The position numbers and the translations under genes were made by a program. A DNA stretch of 64,000 nt, from positions 332 to 64,331 of the forward strand of contig JBDRUX010000002.1 in assembly GCA_039801565.1 (NCBI GenBank). The letters run 5' to 3'. Under the pieces are notes generated by a model, which ran no database searches, was not told the origin of the DNA, and saw only the letters and a list, made by a program, of their open reading frames with translations. This document shows, one piece after another, positions 10,305 to 20,315 of this stretch. The first letter of the stretch is position 1. Each line of letters opens with the position of its first letter. The stretch comes from a candidate division WOR-3 bacterium (GTDB lineage Bacteria; Hydrothermota; Tepidihabitantia; Tepidihabitantales; JAOUPE01).

Positions 10305-11247
10305 AATGAACCCTTTTTTCTAAGACGACTCTTTGTAAGATGGTCAAACTGAGAATGATTAAAAAGGCAAAAAAAGCAATCGCCGCGCCATAACCCAATC
10401 GCCATAATTCAAATGACTGTTCATAGAAATAATACATTACGACCCGGGTTGTGCCTAATGGTCCACCTGGCGGTGGTCCGGTCATTATCCAGACCTGGGC
10501 AAAGGTCTCAAAAGCCACAATCGTGCTCATAATCAAAATATAAAAAGTGGTTGGTGAGATTAAGTGCCAAGTGACATTCTTAAAGATTGACCATCTGCCT
10601 GCACCATCAATTTTTGCTGCCTCATAGTATTGATTGGGGATATTCTGTAATCCAGCCAGATAAATGACGATATTATAGCCAAGTCCTTTCCAGACTGACA
10701 TAATGATTAAGGCCACCATTGCAATTGATGGTCCGGCTAATATTGATGGCAATTTTATACCGATTGCCGAAAAGATGATATCGAAGAGACCTCTTGGGTC
10801 TTCTAACCATCTGATACCCGAAACTCCAATAAAAGATAACAAGTAATTTAATAGTCCACGTTCTGGGTTTAGTAGCCATTTCCAGACCACGGAGACCGCA
10901 ACAATTGAAGTAACCACTGGCAAGTAATAAGCGGTGCGATAAATACCTAATCCCTTGATCTTAGTATTAAGAAGTAGAGCAATAAACAGAGCCAAAAAGA
11001 GCATCAGAGGAACTGAAAAGATGACATACCAACCGGTATTGAGTAGTGACTGCCAAAAAACTGGGTCGGATAAGACATCAAGGTAGTTTTTTAATCCAAC
11101 AAATTTTCTTGGTCCAGCCATCCCCCAATCGAACAGACTTATCCGAACCGAATAGAAGATGGGAATGATTCGGAAGATGATTAGGATAATTAAAGCGGGT
11201 AAAAGATAACAATAACCAGATAGGGTTTCTTTTATCTTTCGGTTCAT
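10297..11247 (-). CDS. Carbohydrate ABC transporter permease (MalF-like)
   Basis: EAAKIDGAGRWSIFKNVTWHL EAA motif, multi-TM; 8-nt overlap with the downstream permease. Confidence 0.8.
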   Translation of the reverse strand: MNRKIKETLSGYCYLLPALIILIIFRIIPIFYSVRISLFDWGMAGPRKFVGLKNYLDVLSDPVFWQSLLNTGWYVIFSVPLMLFLALFIALLLNTKIKGLGIYRTAYYLPVVTSIVAVSVVWKWLLNPERGLLNYLLSFIGVSGIRWLEDPRGLFDIIFSAIGIKLPSILAGPSIAMVALIIMSVWKGLGYNIVIYLAGLQNIPNQYYEAAKIDGAGRWSIFKNVTWHLISPTTFYILIMSTIVAFETFAQVWIMTGPPPGGPLGTTRVVMYYFYEQSFELWRLGYGAAIAFFAFLIILSLTILQRVVLEKRVHYA

Positions 11248-11287
11248 AAGTCAAAAAAACTTTTTTTCGTGAATACTAAAAGCACAC

Positions 11288-11788
11288 TTATTTTAATTCG
11301 GTTTTAATTGCCACCACCGCTGCTTCAGCAAAATCTTTTTGCACCAAACAGGAAAGGACAGTTAGACTAGCACTAATCATCTCGATATTAATTCCTTTTT
11401 GGGCAAGAATTGAGAAAACTCTACCTGCAATACCTGGAGTGTGAGCTAATTCTTTACCAAAGATTGAAATCATCGCCACATTGCGGTCAACTAAAATATC
11501 GGATACCTTTATTTCAGGCAATTTTTCTTTTAAGTGTTGTAAAACCTTTTCGGTTTCGTCGGCTTTTATGGTGAAGGCAATATCGCAATGTTCCTTGGTT
11601 GTGCTGGTTTGGGTAATCATTTCAACATTGAAGCCGGCTTCGCCTAAACTGGAAAAGATTTGACTGGCGGTTCCTGGTTTATCGGGTACTGACTTCAGCA
11701 CAATTTTTACTAAATTGGTTCGCAATTCAATATTCTCGAAAACCTTATTCACCGTTGTTCCTTTACCAAAGTATAAATTTAAAGCCAA
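11288..11788 (-). CDS. Tandem ACT-domain protein (aspartokinase regulatory-subunit-like)
   Basis: Two ACT-like βαββαβ repeats (…PGTASQIFSSLGEAGFNVEMI… / …PGIAGRVFSILAQKGINIEMI…). Confidence 0.55.
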   Translation of the reverse strand: MALNLYFGKGTTVNKVFENIELRTNLVKIVLKSVPDKPGTASQIFSSLGEAGFNVEMITQTSTTKEHCDIAFTIKADETEKVLQHLKEKLPEIKVSDILVDRNVAMISIFGKELAHTPGIAGRVFSILAQKGINIEMISASLTVLSCLVQKDFAEAAVVAIKTELK

Positions 11789-11852
11789 ACGAAGTCAATA
11801 AATTATCCTTTCGGCTTGACACCAGCGCAATTTAAGGGTAGATTTAAAGCTA

Positions 11853-13157
11853 ATGGAAAGAGTTTTAGCCCGTGAAGTAAGAAATTATATCGGCAAAGAA
11901 ATTTTGCTAAAAGGTTGGATTCACCAAATCCGACCCTTAGGCAAGATTGCCTTTATTCTATTGCGTGACCGTAGTGGAATAGTGCAAACCATTGTCACGG
12001 ATGCCAAACAAATTAATCTGGCGGAGTTGGAACGCGAAAGTGCTGTAGCGATTTGGGGCAAAGTAAAAGAGGAACCACAGGCGCCTGGCGGTATCGAAGT
12101 CGAGGTTAAAAAGATTGATGTGATTGCGAAAACTTTGGCACCGTTGCCATTTGAAGTGAACCGGTCGCAGGAAATGTTGAATCTGAAGATTGATATGATT
12201 CTTGACCACCGCCCCTTCAGTTTAAGAAATCCTGAAATTGGTAGTGTCTTTAGAGTCCAAGCGGAAATTTGTCGCTCGTTTGCCGAATTTATGCGAATGA
12301 ACGATTTCTTAGAGGTTCACACCTCAAAAATTATTGCCCAAGGAACTGAAGGCGGAACGGCTTTATTTCCCATTCAATATTTCGAACAGAAAGCCTATTT
12401 AGCCCAAAGTCCTCAATTCTATAAACAGATGCTGGTTGGCGCGGGTTATGAACGAGTTTTTGAGATTGGTTTTGTCTATCGGGCTGAAGACCATGCCACC
12501 TCTCGGCATATCAATGAATATTTGAGTTTAGATTTTGAAATGGGCTTTATTGATTCTTATCAAGAGGTGATCGATTTAGAAATCGCCTTCTTGAAGTATC
12601 TTTTTAACAATCTAAGAACCAATTGTGCTAAGGAATTGGCAATATATCAAGTTGATTTGCCTGAGATTAAAGAGATTCCTCAAATCAGATTACTTGATGC
12701 TATCAATATTATCAAGAAGGAATTTGGCAAAGAATCGTCCCGACCTGATGATTTAGACCCGGAAGGTGAAAAATTAATCTGTGAATATACCCAAAAAAAA
12801 TACGGTTCGGATTTTGTCTATATCACCAATTACCCGGCTTCGGCTCGACCATTTTATACAATGCCTGACTTAGAAAATCCCGGTCTGACTAAAAGTTTTG
12901 ATTTGCTTTACAAAGGGTTAGAGGTGACAACCGGTAGTCAAAGGATTCACGATTACAATATGCTGGTGGAGAACATCCGACGATTTAATATGGACCCTAA
13001 CTCATTTGAATTTTATTTAGAAATTTTTCGTTATGGTATGCCGCCGCACGGAGGCTTAGCAATTGGCACCGAACGATTGACGCAACAGATTTTAGGGTTA
13101 AAGAATGTCCGCGAAGCGAGTTTTTTTCCCCGTGACCGCTACCGTTTAACACCATAG
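11853..13157 (+). CDS. aspS: Aspartate--tRNA ligase, archaeal/eukaryal type (class IIb)
   Basis: C-terminal …FRYGMPPHGGLAIGTERLTQQILGLKNVREASFFPRDRYRLTP, the AspRS2 signature; 434 aa. Confidence 0.8.
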   Translation: MERVLAREVRNYIGKEILLKGWIHQIRPLGKIAFILLRDRSGIVQTIVTDAKQINLAELERESAVAIWGKVKEEPQAPGGIEVEVKKIDVIAKTLAPLPFEVNRSQEMLNLKIDMILDHRPFSLRNPEIGSVFRVQAEICRSFAEFMRMNDFLEVHTSKIIAQGTEGGTALFPIQYFEQKAYLAQSPQFYKQMLVGAGYERVFEIGFVYRAEDHATSRHINEYLSLDFEMGFIDSYQEVIDLEIAFLKYLFNNLRTNCAKELAIYQVDLPEIKEIPQIRLLDAINIIKKEFGKESSRPDDLDPEGEKLICEYTQKKYGSDFVYITNYPASARPFYTMPDLENPGLTKSFDLLYKGLEVTTGSQRIHDYNMLVENIRRFNMDPNSFEFYLEIFRYGMPPHGGLAIGTERLTQQILGLKNVREASFFPRDRYRLTP

Positions 13158-13208
13158 GTGATTAAGTTTTCGCCTTGACAAGTCATCATTTAACAATAAA
13201 ATCAGATT

Positions 13209-14492
13209 ATGTTTATTGAAGAACTTGCTCGATATGTTGGTAAGGAAGTGACGATTCACGGCTGGGCGTATAATAAACGTTCTTCGGGCAAAGTTCGGTT
13301 CTTAATTGTTCGGGATGGTACCGGTTTTTTACAAACTGTCTTTTCCGAAAAAGATGTCTCGGCTGAGGCATTCGACTTAGCTGACCGGATACCCCAAGAG
13401 TCTTCTTTAACCGTGACCGGTACAGTCCGAGAGGATAAACGAGCACCCGGTGGATATGAGTTAATCGCCAAAGACTTAAAACTGATTCAAGAAGCCAAGA
13501 ACTATCCAATTACTCCGAAAGAACATGGTATTGAATTTCTGATGGAACATCGCCATCTCTGGTTGCGTTCCCGACGGCAACATGCAATAATCAGGATCCG
13601 TTCGGAGATTGTTAAGGCTTGTCGCGATTTTTTAGATGACCGAGGTTTTATTTTGGTGGATGCTCCAATCTTTACACCAGCTGCTTGTGAAGGAACCACC
13701 ACTCTATTCGAAGTTGACTATTTTGGTCAAAAGACCTACCTTACCCAATCTGGCCAACTTTATAACGAACCGGCAGCCGCGGCGTTTGGTAAGGTCTATT
13801 GTTTTGGTCCAACTTTTCGCGCCGAAAAGTCAAAGACCCGAAGGCATCTAACCGAATTCTGGATGTTAGAGCCAGAGGTGGCTTTTTTTGAGTTAGATGA
13901 TATTATTAATTTAGCTGAAGATTTAATCTGTTATGTGCTTGACCGAGTTCTTAATAAGCGGAACGAGGAATTAAAGACTTTGGAGCGAGATATTACAAAA
14001 TTAGCCAATATCAAAAAACCATTTTACCGAATCACTTACAATGAGGCATTAGAGATTTTAAATAAAAAGGGTCAAAAGGTGGAATGGGGTGAAGATTTTG
14101 GCGGTGATGAGGAGACTATCCTATCCGAATCATTCGATAAGCCAGTCTTCATTCATCGCTTTCCTCGGCAGTGCAAGGCGTTTTATATGAAGAGCGACCC
14201 CAAAGATGAAAAATTGGTATTGGGTGTTGATTTACTGGCTCCGGAAGGTTATGGTGAGATTATTGGCGGTGGACAAAGAGAAGATGATTTAGCTACCCTT
14301 GAAAAAAGGATTGAGGAGAATAAGTTGCCAAAACAAGCTTTTGAATGGTATTTGGATTTGCGCCGCTATGGGAGTTTTCCCCATTCCGGTTTTGGCTTAG
14401 GAATCGAACGGACTGTTGCCTGGATTTGTAAGGTCCATCATGTTCGTGAGACGATTCCTTTTCCTCGACTCTTAGAAAAGGTCTATCCATAA
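13209..14492 (+). CDS. asnS: Asparagine--tRNA ligase
   Basis: C-terminal [27 protein letters not shown]…VRETIPFPR, the AsnRS signature. Confidence 0.85.
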   Translation: MFIEELARYVGKEVTIHGWAYNKRSSGKVRFLIVRDGTGFLQTVFSEKDVSAEAFDLADRIPQESSLTVTGTVREDKRAPGGYELIAKDLKLIQEAKNYPITPKEHGIEFLMEHRHLWLRSRRQHAIIRIRSEIVKACRDFLDDRGFILVDAPIFTPAACEGTTTLFEVDYFGQKTYLTQSGQLYNEPAAAAFGKVYCFGPTFRAEKSKTRRHLTEFWMLEPEVAFFELDDIINLAEDLICYVLDRVLNKRNEELKTLERDITKLANIKKPFYRITYNEALEILNKKGQKVEWGEDFGGDEETILSESFDKPVFIHRFPRQCKAFYMKSDPKDEKLVLGVDLLAPEGYGEIIGGGQREDDLATLEKRIEENKLPKQAFEWYLDLRRYGSFPHSGFGLGIERTVAWICKVHHVRETIPFPRLLEKVYP

Positions 14493-14522
14493 TGATAGGA
14501 ATTAAAGAGAAAGGAGGCAAAA

Positions 14523-14780
14523 ATGACTGAAAATAAAGTCGGTAAAGTGACCCACTTTTTTAATAAAATTAGTGTGGCGATTGTTGAACTAACCGACGGC
14601 GACTTAAAAATTGGCGATATGATCCATATCAAAGGGCACACTACTGATTTGACCCAAAAGGTTGAGTCAATGCAAATTGAACATAAGAATATCGAAAAGG
14701 CAGAAAAGGGACAATCAATCGGACTTAAGGTTTCAGCTCATGTTCATGAGAATGACATTGTCTATAAAGTGATTGAATAA
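14523..14780 (+). CDS. Small β-barrel protein (EF-Tu domain-2-like), uncharacterised
   Basis: G-K-V-x-H-F-F…VA-V-L…G-LK-GD-I-I-G pattern resembles translation-factor β-barrel domains; RBS present. Confidence 0.3.
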   Translation: MTENKVGKVTHFFNKISVAIVELTDGDLKIGDMIHIKGHTTDLTQKVESMQIEHKNIEKAEKGQSIGLKVSAHVHENDIVYKVIE

Positions 14781-14790
14781 AAGGAGGGCA

Positions 14791-14937
14791 ATGGCGAGAA
14801 GTAAGAGTAAACAAAAGCGACGTCGTCTCAAATTTCGCCTAAAAAGAAAAAGAAGAAAAGAACGCGCGAAACTTCAAACCCAAATTCCAAAACAACCAGA
14901 AGAGCCAAAAGTGATAACAACTGAAACAGTAGGCTAA
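14791..14937 (+). CDS. Unannotated 48-aa highly basic mini-protein (MARSKSKQKRRRLKFRLKRKRRKERAKLQ…)
   Basis: Strong SD aaggaggg 4-11 nt upstream of ATG at 14791. The gene fits exactly between the stop of the upstream gene (14780) and the GTG start of the downstream gene (14939). About 45% Lys/Arg in the first 30 residues. Confidence 0.45.
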   Translation: MARSKSKQKRRRLKFRLKRKRRKERAKLQTQIPKQPEEPKVITTETVG

Positions 14938-14938
14938 T

Positions 14939-15628
14939 GTGTTATTAGTATTTTTCCTTTGGCTCTTTACGGTTGCCCTGGCTAGTGTCCTAATTGCTTG
15001 GTATATTCGACAGCACGGTTTTTCGGATATGGCGGTGGCACTCTATATCATCTATTTGGCAATGGCGCAGATTCTGGCAGCAAAGATTCTTGCTTTCAAT
15101 TTCGGTATTTTTACGGTCTATGCTCCAGCCGGTGTGCTAATTTTCCCTTTTACCTTTCAGTTGATTGATATTGTTAATCAGGCATTCGGTCCGAAAGCGG
15201 TGCGTCGGATGATTCTTCAGGCTCTAATAACCCAAGTCTTTATGGTTCTATTTATCTTAATGGCGACGGTCGCGTTACCCGCTTCGTTTTGGCAGGCACA
15301 TAAAGCCTGGCAGGAAATAATGTCGCTGGTGCCAAGAATCATCTTGGCAAGTTGGATCGCCTTTTTTATCAGCCAAAACTTTGATGCCTTTATTTTTGCC
15401 TGGTTACAGCGATTAACCCACGAACGACACCTTTGGTTGCGCAATGTCTTAAGCGATGTGCCAAGTTTAGCTTTGGATAGTTTCATTTTTGTCTTTTTAG
15501 CATTTTATGGCAAGGCACCGGTCCTACCTTTAATCATTGGTCAAATTGTTACCAAATGCATTATTGGCTTGATTGATGCACCTTTTATTTATCTAAGTTA
15601 CGCCATTCTTCGTGCACCGAGGAGGTAA
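14939..15628 (+). CDS. Queuosine-precursor transporter YhhQ/DUF165 family (putative)
   Basis: 6-TM small membrane protein; resembles Vut_1/YhhQ family. queA is also in the window. Confidence 0.4.
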   Translation: MLLVFFLWLFTVALASVLIAWYIRQHGFSDMAVALYIIYLAMAQILAAKILAFNFGIFTVYAPAGVLIFPFTFQLIDIVNQAFGPKAVRRMILQALITQVFMVLFILMATVALPASFWQAHKAWQEIMSLVPRIILASWIAFFISQNFDAFIFAWLQRLTHERHLWLRNVLSDVPSLALDSFIFVFLAFYGKAPVLPLIIGQIVTKCIIGLIDAPFIYLSYAILRAPRR

Positions 15629-15647
15629 CTAAATTAAATCTTACCAG

Positions 15648-16292
15648 GTGCTGCTTTTCGATTTAGATGGCACCCTAATTGATTCCCGCCAAGATTTAAG
15701 TACTGCGGTTAGTTACGCATTGAAAAAACTGGATAGTTCCAAAACACCACCCAATAGTGACGAAATCATTGCTCAAGTTGGGAAACCACTTGCCGAAATC
15801 TGCCAAAATCTTGGTTATAACTTTTCACCAAAACAGATTACTTTGTTTGAACAGACCTATCGGTCATATTATGAAAGGCATTTTCGAGACCACACCAAAC
15901 TTTTTCCCGATGTAATGGCAACTCTTAAGCAATTACGCAAAAATCGAATTCGGATGGCGGTGATAACCACTAAACATCAAATTCAAGCCGATATGGTAAT
16001 TGAGGCGTTTGGGCTAAAGCCATATTTTCATTATGTTCGAGGCTGGTTGGAAGGAAGACAACATAAGCCTAATCCCGAGCCAGTCTTAGCAACCCTTGAA
16101 GTCTTGGATTGCCAGCCGAATGAAGCGCTTTTTGTTGGCGATACTGAACAAGATATTCTTTGTGGTCAGTCGGCAAAGGTTGATACTTGTGCGGTAACCT
16201 ATGGCTTTCGCAGTGCCCAATACCTTAAATCATTTAATCCCACCTATATCATAAGCAGTTTTTCACAACTTCTTTCGTTTGTTGGCACTTAG
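15648..16292 (+). CDS. HAD-family hydrolase (phosphoglycolate phosphatase-like)
   Basis: LLFDLDGTLIDS motif I; VGDTEQD motif IV. Confidence 0.8.
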   Translation: MLLFDLDGTLIDSRQDLSTAVSYALKKLDSSKTPPNSDEIIAQVGKPLAEICQNLGYNFSPKQITLFEQTYRSYYERHFRDHTKLFPDVMATLKQLRKNRIRMAVITTKHQIQADMVIEAFGLKPYFHYVRGWLEGRQHKPNPEPVLATLEVLDCQPNEALFVGDTEQDILCGQSAKVDTCAVTYGFRSAQYLKSFNPTYIISSFSQLLSFVGT

Positions 16293-16350
16293 ACCGTAAG
16301 AATTTAAATCAGGTTTTTATTTTAACAGAAAAGTTTTTGGTTTGTAGATA

Positions 16351-16384
16351 ATTTTTATTGACTTTTTTCAAAATTTATATTATA
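16351..16384 (+). promoter_or_regulatory. Near-consensus sigma70-type promoter (TTGACT-N17-TATAAT)
   Basis: ttgact tttttcaaaatttatat tataat, about 30 nt upstream of the start at 16414. Confidence 0.5.
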
Positions 16385-16413
16385 ATTAGATTGAAAGGGA
16401 AAAGGAGGTATGG

Positions 16414-16674
16414 ATGGCGATACCCGTAATGATAAGTTCGCTAAATATCCACACTACCAATGGAACCTTATTTATTGAACCGAGTTTTGCGGTTTCTTCG
16501 GATTGGTTGCCAAAATCGGAACAGAGTTATGATGTATCTTTTTATGGTCCCGACGGCTCCAAGGTTTGGCAAATCTTTGAGTTGAAACCGATGGAGGTTG
16601 AACTCATTGCCCAAAACTTTGGTTTGGGATTAGGGCGGCTTTATGAGATAAAAGACGACACCTTTGATATCTAA
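16414..16674 (+). CDS. Hypothetical small protein (86 aa)
   Basis: ORF with RBS aaggaggt and a consensus promoter; no recognisable domain. Confidence 0.4.
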   Translation: MAIPVMISSLNIHTTNGTLFIEPSFAVSSDWLPKSEQSYDVSFYGPDGSKVWQIFELKPMEVELIAQNFGLGLGRLYEIKDDTFDI

Positions 16675-16732
16675 CCTTTTGGCTACAGCTATCTTGAATT
16701 GACTTATTTCAAATTATTGTTATCATATTTTT

Positions 16733-17392
16733 GTGCTCACGCTTAATAAAATTAAGAAAGACCCCGAAGTAATAAGTTATATTGCCCAGGCGGATAAGTA
16801 TTTGGCAATCATCGGTTATACCGAACATGGCTCAAGACATGCCCGACTGGTTGCCAAAAATGCCAAGCAGATTCTTTTAGACCTCGGCTATGATGAAAGG
16901 ATAGCAGAACTTGCCGCCATTGCTGGTTATTTACATGACATCGGCAATGTGATTAGTCGGGAACGTCACGAACAGAGCAGCGCTTTGATTGCCAAAGACA
17001 TTTTGAGTCGCTTGGGATTTTCCTCAAAAGAGATTTCCGAAGTTATTGCTGCGATTGGTAATCATCACGAAGAAAACGGAACGCCGGTTTCAGAAATTTC
17101 CGCGGCTTTGATTCTGGCGGATAAGGCGGATGTGCATCGGAGTCGGGTGCGGAATCCCGAGTTTGTTAAATTTGATATTCATGACCGAGTTAACTTTGCA
17201 GTAAAACGTTCGACATTAACGGTTCACCGCAAAGAGCGAAGAATTGTTTTCGATTTAATTGTTGATACTAATATCGCACCAGTGATGGAATACTTTGAGA
17301 TTTTCCTTTCCCGAATGTTAATCTCGCGCAAAGCCGCTGATTTTCTGGAATGCAAATTTGAACTGGTTATCAATGGTAATAAATTAATCTGA
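16733..17392 (+). CDS. HD-domain metal-dependent phosphohydrolase
   Basis: H…HD motif (GSRHARLV…YLHDIGN) and downstream IGNHHEE…D. Confidence 0.65.
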   Translation: MLTLNKIKKDPEVISYIAQADKYLAIIGYTEHGSRHARLVAKNAKQILLDLGYDERIAELAAIAGYLHDIGNVISRERHEQSSALIAKDILSRLGFSSKEISEVIAAIGNHHEENGTPVSEISAALILADKADVHRSRVRNPEFVKFDIHDRVNFAVKRSTLTVHRKERRIVFDLIVDTNIAPVMEYFEIFLSRMLISRKAADFLECKFELVINGNKLI

Positions 17393-17522
17393 ACAAATGG
17401 CCGAAACACTTTTAATCCTTTTTCTTTTACGCCGCGTGGTTGATGTCCCATATATTGGAAAATTTATCGTTCGAATCTTAGAGGTGGTCGAGACACAACG
17501 CTCGTTATATCGGTAAATTTTT

Positions 17523-18626
17523 TTGACCGGTTTAAGTAAATCCATTAAAAAAGTATTCATTGCTACCGGCGAACCTTCAGGGGACCTTTATGGTTCAATT
17601 ATCGCCAGCGCACTTAAAAAGCTCAATAACAACCTTGTGATTTTGGGGATTGGTGCCGAGTTAATGAAAAAAAGCGGCGTTAAAATTATAAGAAGTTCAA
17701 AGGATTTAGCAACCTTTGGGTTTTTCGAAGGACTGACTAATTATTTACGGCTCAAAAGGATTTTTGAAGCGGTAGTTAGCGATTTAGTTTTAATTAGTCC
17801 CGATGTCTTTTTGCCAATCGCTTTTAGTGGCTTTAATCTAAAATTGGCAAAGCGGCTGAAAAATTTAGGGACAAAGATTATCTATTTCGCCCCTCCACAA
17901 ATTTGGGCGTGGGGGAGATGGCGCGCAAAAGATTTAAAAGAAAGTACCGATAAGGTGGTCTGTTTGTTTCCTTTTGAAGAAAAATTTTTCCAAGATTTGG
18001 GGATTAACGCTATTTATTTAGGCAACCCCTTGTTAGATTATATTGAGCAAGAAATTCGTTCCGAATGCACAGTCTTAAATTCGATTCCAGCTTCAGCCAA
18101 AATCATAACTTTTATGCCCGGGTCAAGGGAGATTGAGATTAAAAATCATTTGCCTTTGATGTTGGCGGTCTTTAAAAAGTTGCAGAACGAATTTACTAAT
18201 CTCTATGGCTTTGTTATTGCCGAAAAGTGCAAAAATTCACCAGAGATGGAATCGCTTCATTTCATAACCGAGCAAAAGTATCAAATAATGGCAAAATCCG
18301 ATTTAATTGTCCTATGTTCCGGAACCGCAGCCTTAGAGGCGGCAATTCTTAAAATTCCCCATCTTGCCGTTTACCGGCTGTCTTTGCCCAGCTATCTTTT
18401 GGCTCGATGCTTAGTGAAGATTAGGTGGTTTACTTTAACCAATATCATTTTACAAGAAGATGTTGTTTCTGAATTCATCCAGCCCAATTTAAAGAAATTA
18501 TATCCGGTGATAGTTGACTATCTTAAAAAACCGACTGGCGAAATTGTTGAAAAATTATCAAAGGTTAAAAAATTACTTGGTCAATCGGGCGCTGCTGAAC
18601 GAATCGCGCAAGCGATACTTGAGTAG
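17523..18626 (+). CDS. lpxB: Lipid-A-disaccharide synthase
   Basis: KVFIATGEPSGDLYG N-terminus, GT19 family length and pattern. Confidence 0.85.
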   Translation: MTGLSKSIKKVFIATGEPSGDLYGSIIASALKKLNNNLVILGIGAELMKKSGVKIIRSSKDLATFGFFEGLTNYLRLKRIFEAVVSDLVLISPDVFLPIAFSGFNLKLAKRLKNLGTKIIYFAPPQIWAWGRWRAKDLKESTDKVVCLFPFEEKFFQDLGINAIYLGNPLLDYIEQEIRSECTVLNSIPASAKIITFMPGSREIEIKNHLPLMLAVFKKLQNEFTNLYGFVIAEKCKNSPEMESLHFITEQKYQIMAKSDLIVLCSGTAALEAAILKIPHLAVYRLSLPSYLLARCLVKIRWFTLTNIILQEDVVSEFIQPNLKKLYPVIVDYLKKPTGEIVEKLSKVKKLLGQSGAAERIAQAILE

Positions 18627-18627
18627 A

Positions 18628-19053
18628 TTAAATTGGTTGATTTAGGTTATTTATTATTATCCTCCTTTGGTTATGATTGATAATCTCAATTTTGACCTTG
18701 ACCATACTTTCGGGAAGAACATCTTGGGCTCGTTCCGCCCATTCGATAAGTGAAACACCATCACCGTAAAGATATTGTTCAAGACCGAGTTCAATCAATT
18801 CATTGGGATTACCGACTCGATACAGGTCAATATGATAGACTGGCATTCTACCTTGATATTCGGTGACCATAACGAAGGATGGGCTTTTGACCAATTCTTT
18901 GACCCCTAACCCTTTGGCAACACCTTTAATCATCGTCGTCTTACCACTGCCCAGCTCGCCAAAAAATCCAACAACCATTCCGTTGGTTAAAACTTTACTA
19001 AGCCGAATACCAAGTTCAATCGTTTCATCCGACGATTTTGTTTCAAAAATCAT
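18628..19053 (-). CDS. tsaE: tRNA threonylcarbamoyladenosine biosynthesis protein TsaE
   Basis: P-loop GELGSGKTTMIKG, 141 aa, typical TsaE/YjeE. Confidence 0.85.
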   Translation of the reverse strand: MIFETKSSDETIELGIRLSKVLTNGMVVGFFGELGSGKTTMIKGVAKGLGVKELVKSPSFVMVTEYQGRMPVYHIDLYRVGNPNELIELGLEQYLYGDGVSLIEWAERAQDVLPESMVKVKIEIINHNQRRIIINNLNQPI

Positions 19054-19062
19054 TAAATTTAA

Positions 19063-19092
19063 AGCCCCTTCTTTTTATTTGAAGAAGGGGCT
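19063..19092 (-). terminator. Rho-independent terminator hairpin downstream of the thiolase gene
   Basis: agccccttctt…aagaaggggct inverted repeat with T-rich flank. Confidence 0.5.
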
Positions 19093-19106
19093 GATTGTGA
19101 TATATT

Positions 19107-20285
19107 TTAAATCAGTTCGACGCTCATCGCGACACTTTCACCACCACCTAAACAGATTGCGGCTAACCCTTTTTTCAAGTTTCGGTCCTTTAAAGCATAA
19201 AGGAGCGTTACCACAATTCGAGCGCCGCTGGCGCCAATCGGATGACCCAATGCCACTGCCCCGCCATTTACATTCACTTTATTTGGGTCTAAACCGAGTT
19301 CTTTGATATCGGCCAAGGTTTGTGAACTGAAAGCTTCATTGATTTCAATTAAATCAAAGTAGTTCACATCAACCCCAAGCATTTTAGTTAATTTCTGAAC
19401 CGCTTTCACTGGCGCATAAAATAGCATTTTTGGTTCGACACTCGCCGTAGTATAACCAGTGATTTTAGCTAAGGGTTTGATTCCGTATTCCTCGGCAGTC
19501 TCTTTTGCCATCACAACCACAGCGGCAGCACCATCGTTGATGCTTGAGGCGTTACCAGCAGTGATTGTGCCACCTTCTTTAAAGGCAGGACGCAATTTTG
19601 CCAGTGCTTCTAAGGTTGTGTCAGCGCGTGGTCCTTCATCAGTATCAACTATCACTGGTTCACCTTTCTTTTGGGGAATAGAGACCGGGGCGATTTCGGC
19701 TTTAAATTTACCGGCTTGGATTGCTGCAACCGCTTTCCGATGGCTATTGTATGCCCACTCGTCTTGCATTTGGCGGGTGATGCCCGAGCGTTCGGCAGTA
19801 AACTCACCTAATACACCCATATGGACATCTTCGAAAGCACACCAGATACCATCGTAAATCATACCATCTTTCAACTTCACATCACCCATTTTGTTACCAG
19901 TACGTAATTGGTATAAATAATATGGAACATTACTCATTGATTCCTGACCACCGGCTACAATTATTTTAGCGTCACCGGCTTTAATCTGCTGTGCCGCCAA
20001 GACGATTGCCATCATTCCTGAGCCACAGACTTTATTAACTGTAAGGGCTGGAATTTCTGGGGAAAGCCCAGCTTTGATTTGTGCTTGACGGGCTGGAGCT
20101 TGGCCTAAACCGGCCGGGCAGACATGCCCCATAATGACACCATCAATATTTTGTGGATTAATTTTGGAACGTTCGATTGCAGCTTTTATAGCAACCGCTC
20201 CAAGTTGCGGTGCCGACAATGTAGCAAGGCTACCCAAAAATCTCCCAACCGGGGTACGGGCAGCACCAGTGATTACGATATCCAT
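19107..20285 (-). CDS. Acetyl-CoA C-acetyltransferase (thiolase II)
   Basis: Thiolase signatures NKVCGSGM, NVNGGAVALGHPIGASGARI, C-terminal GGGESVAM. Confidence 0.9.
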   Translation of the reverse strand: MDIVITGAARTPVGRFLGSLATLSAPQLGAVAIKAAIERSKINPQNIDGVIMGHVCPAGLGQAPARQAQIKAGLSPEIPALTVNKVCGSGMMAIVLAAQQIKAGDAKIIVAGGQESMSNVPYYLYQLRTGNKMGDVKLKDGMIYDGIWCAFEDVHMGVLGEFTAERSGITRQMQDEWAYNSHRKAVAAIQAGKFKAEIAPVSIPQKKGEPVIVDTDEGPRADTTLEALAKLRPAFKEGGTITAGNASSINDGAAAVVVMAKETAEEYGIKPLAKITGYTTASVEPKMLFYAPVKAVQKLTKMLGVDVNYFDLIEINEAFSSQTLADIKELGLDPNKVNVNGGAVALGHPIGASGARIVVTLLYALKDRNLKKGLAAICLGGGESVAMSVELI

Positions 20286-20315
20286 TTTAACTCCTTTCTC
20301 TTCTTAATTAATTCT

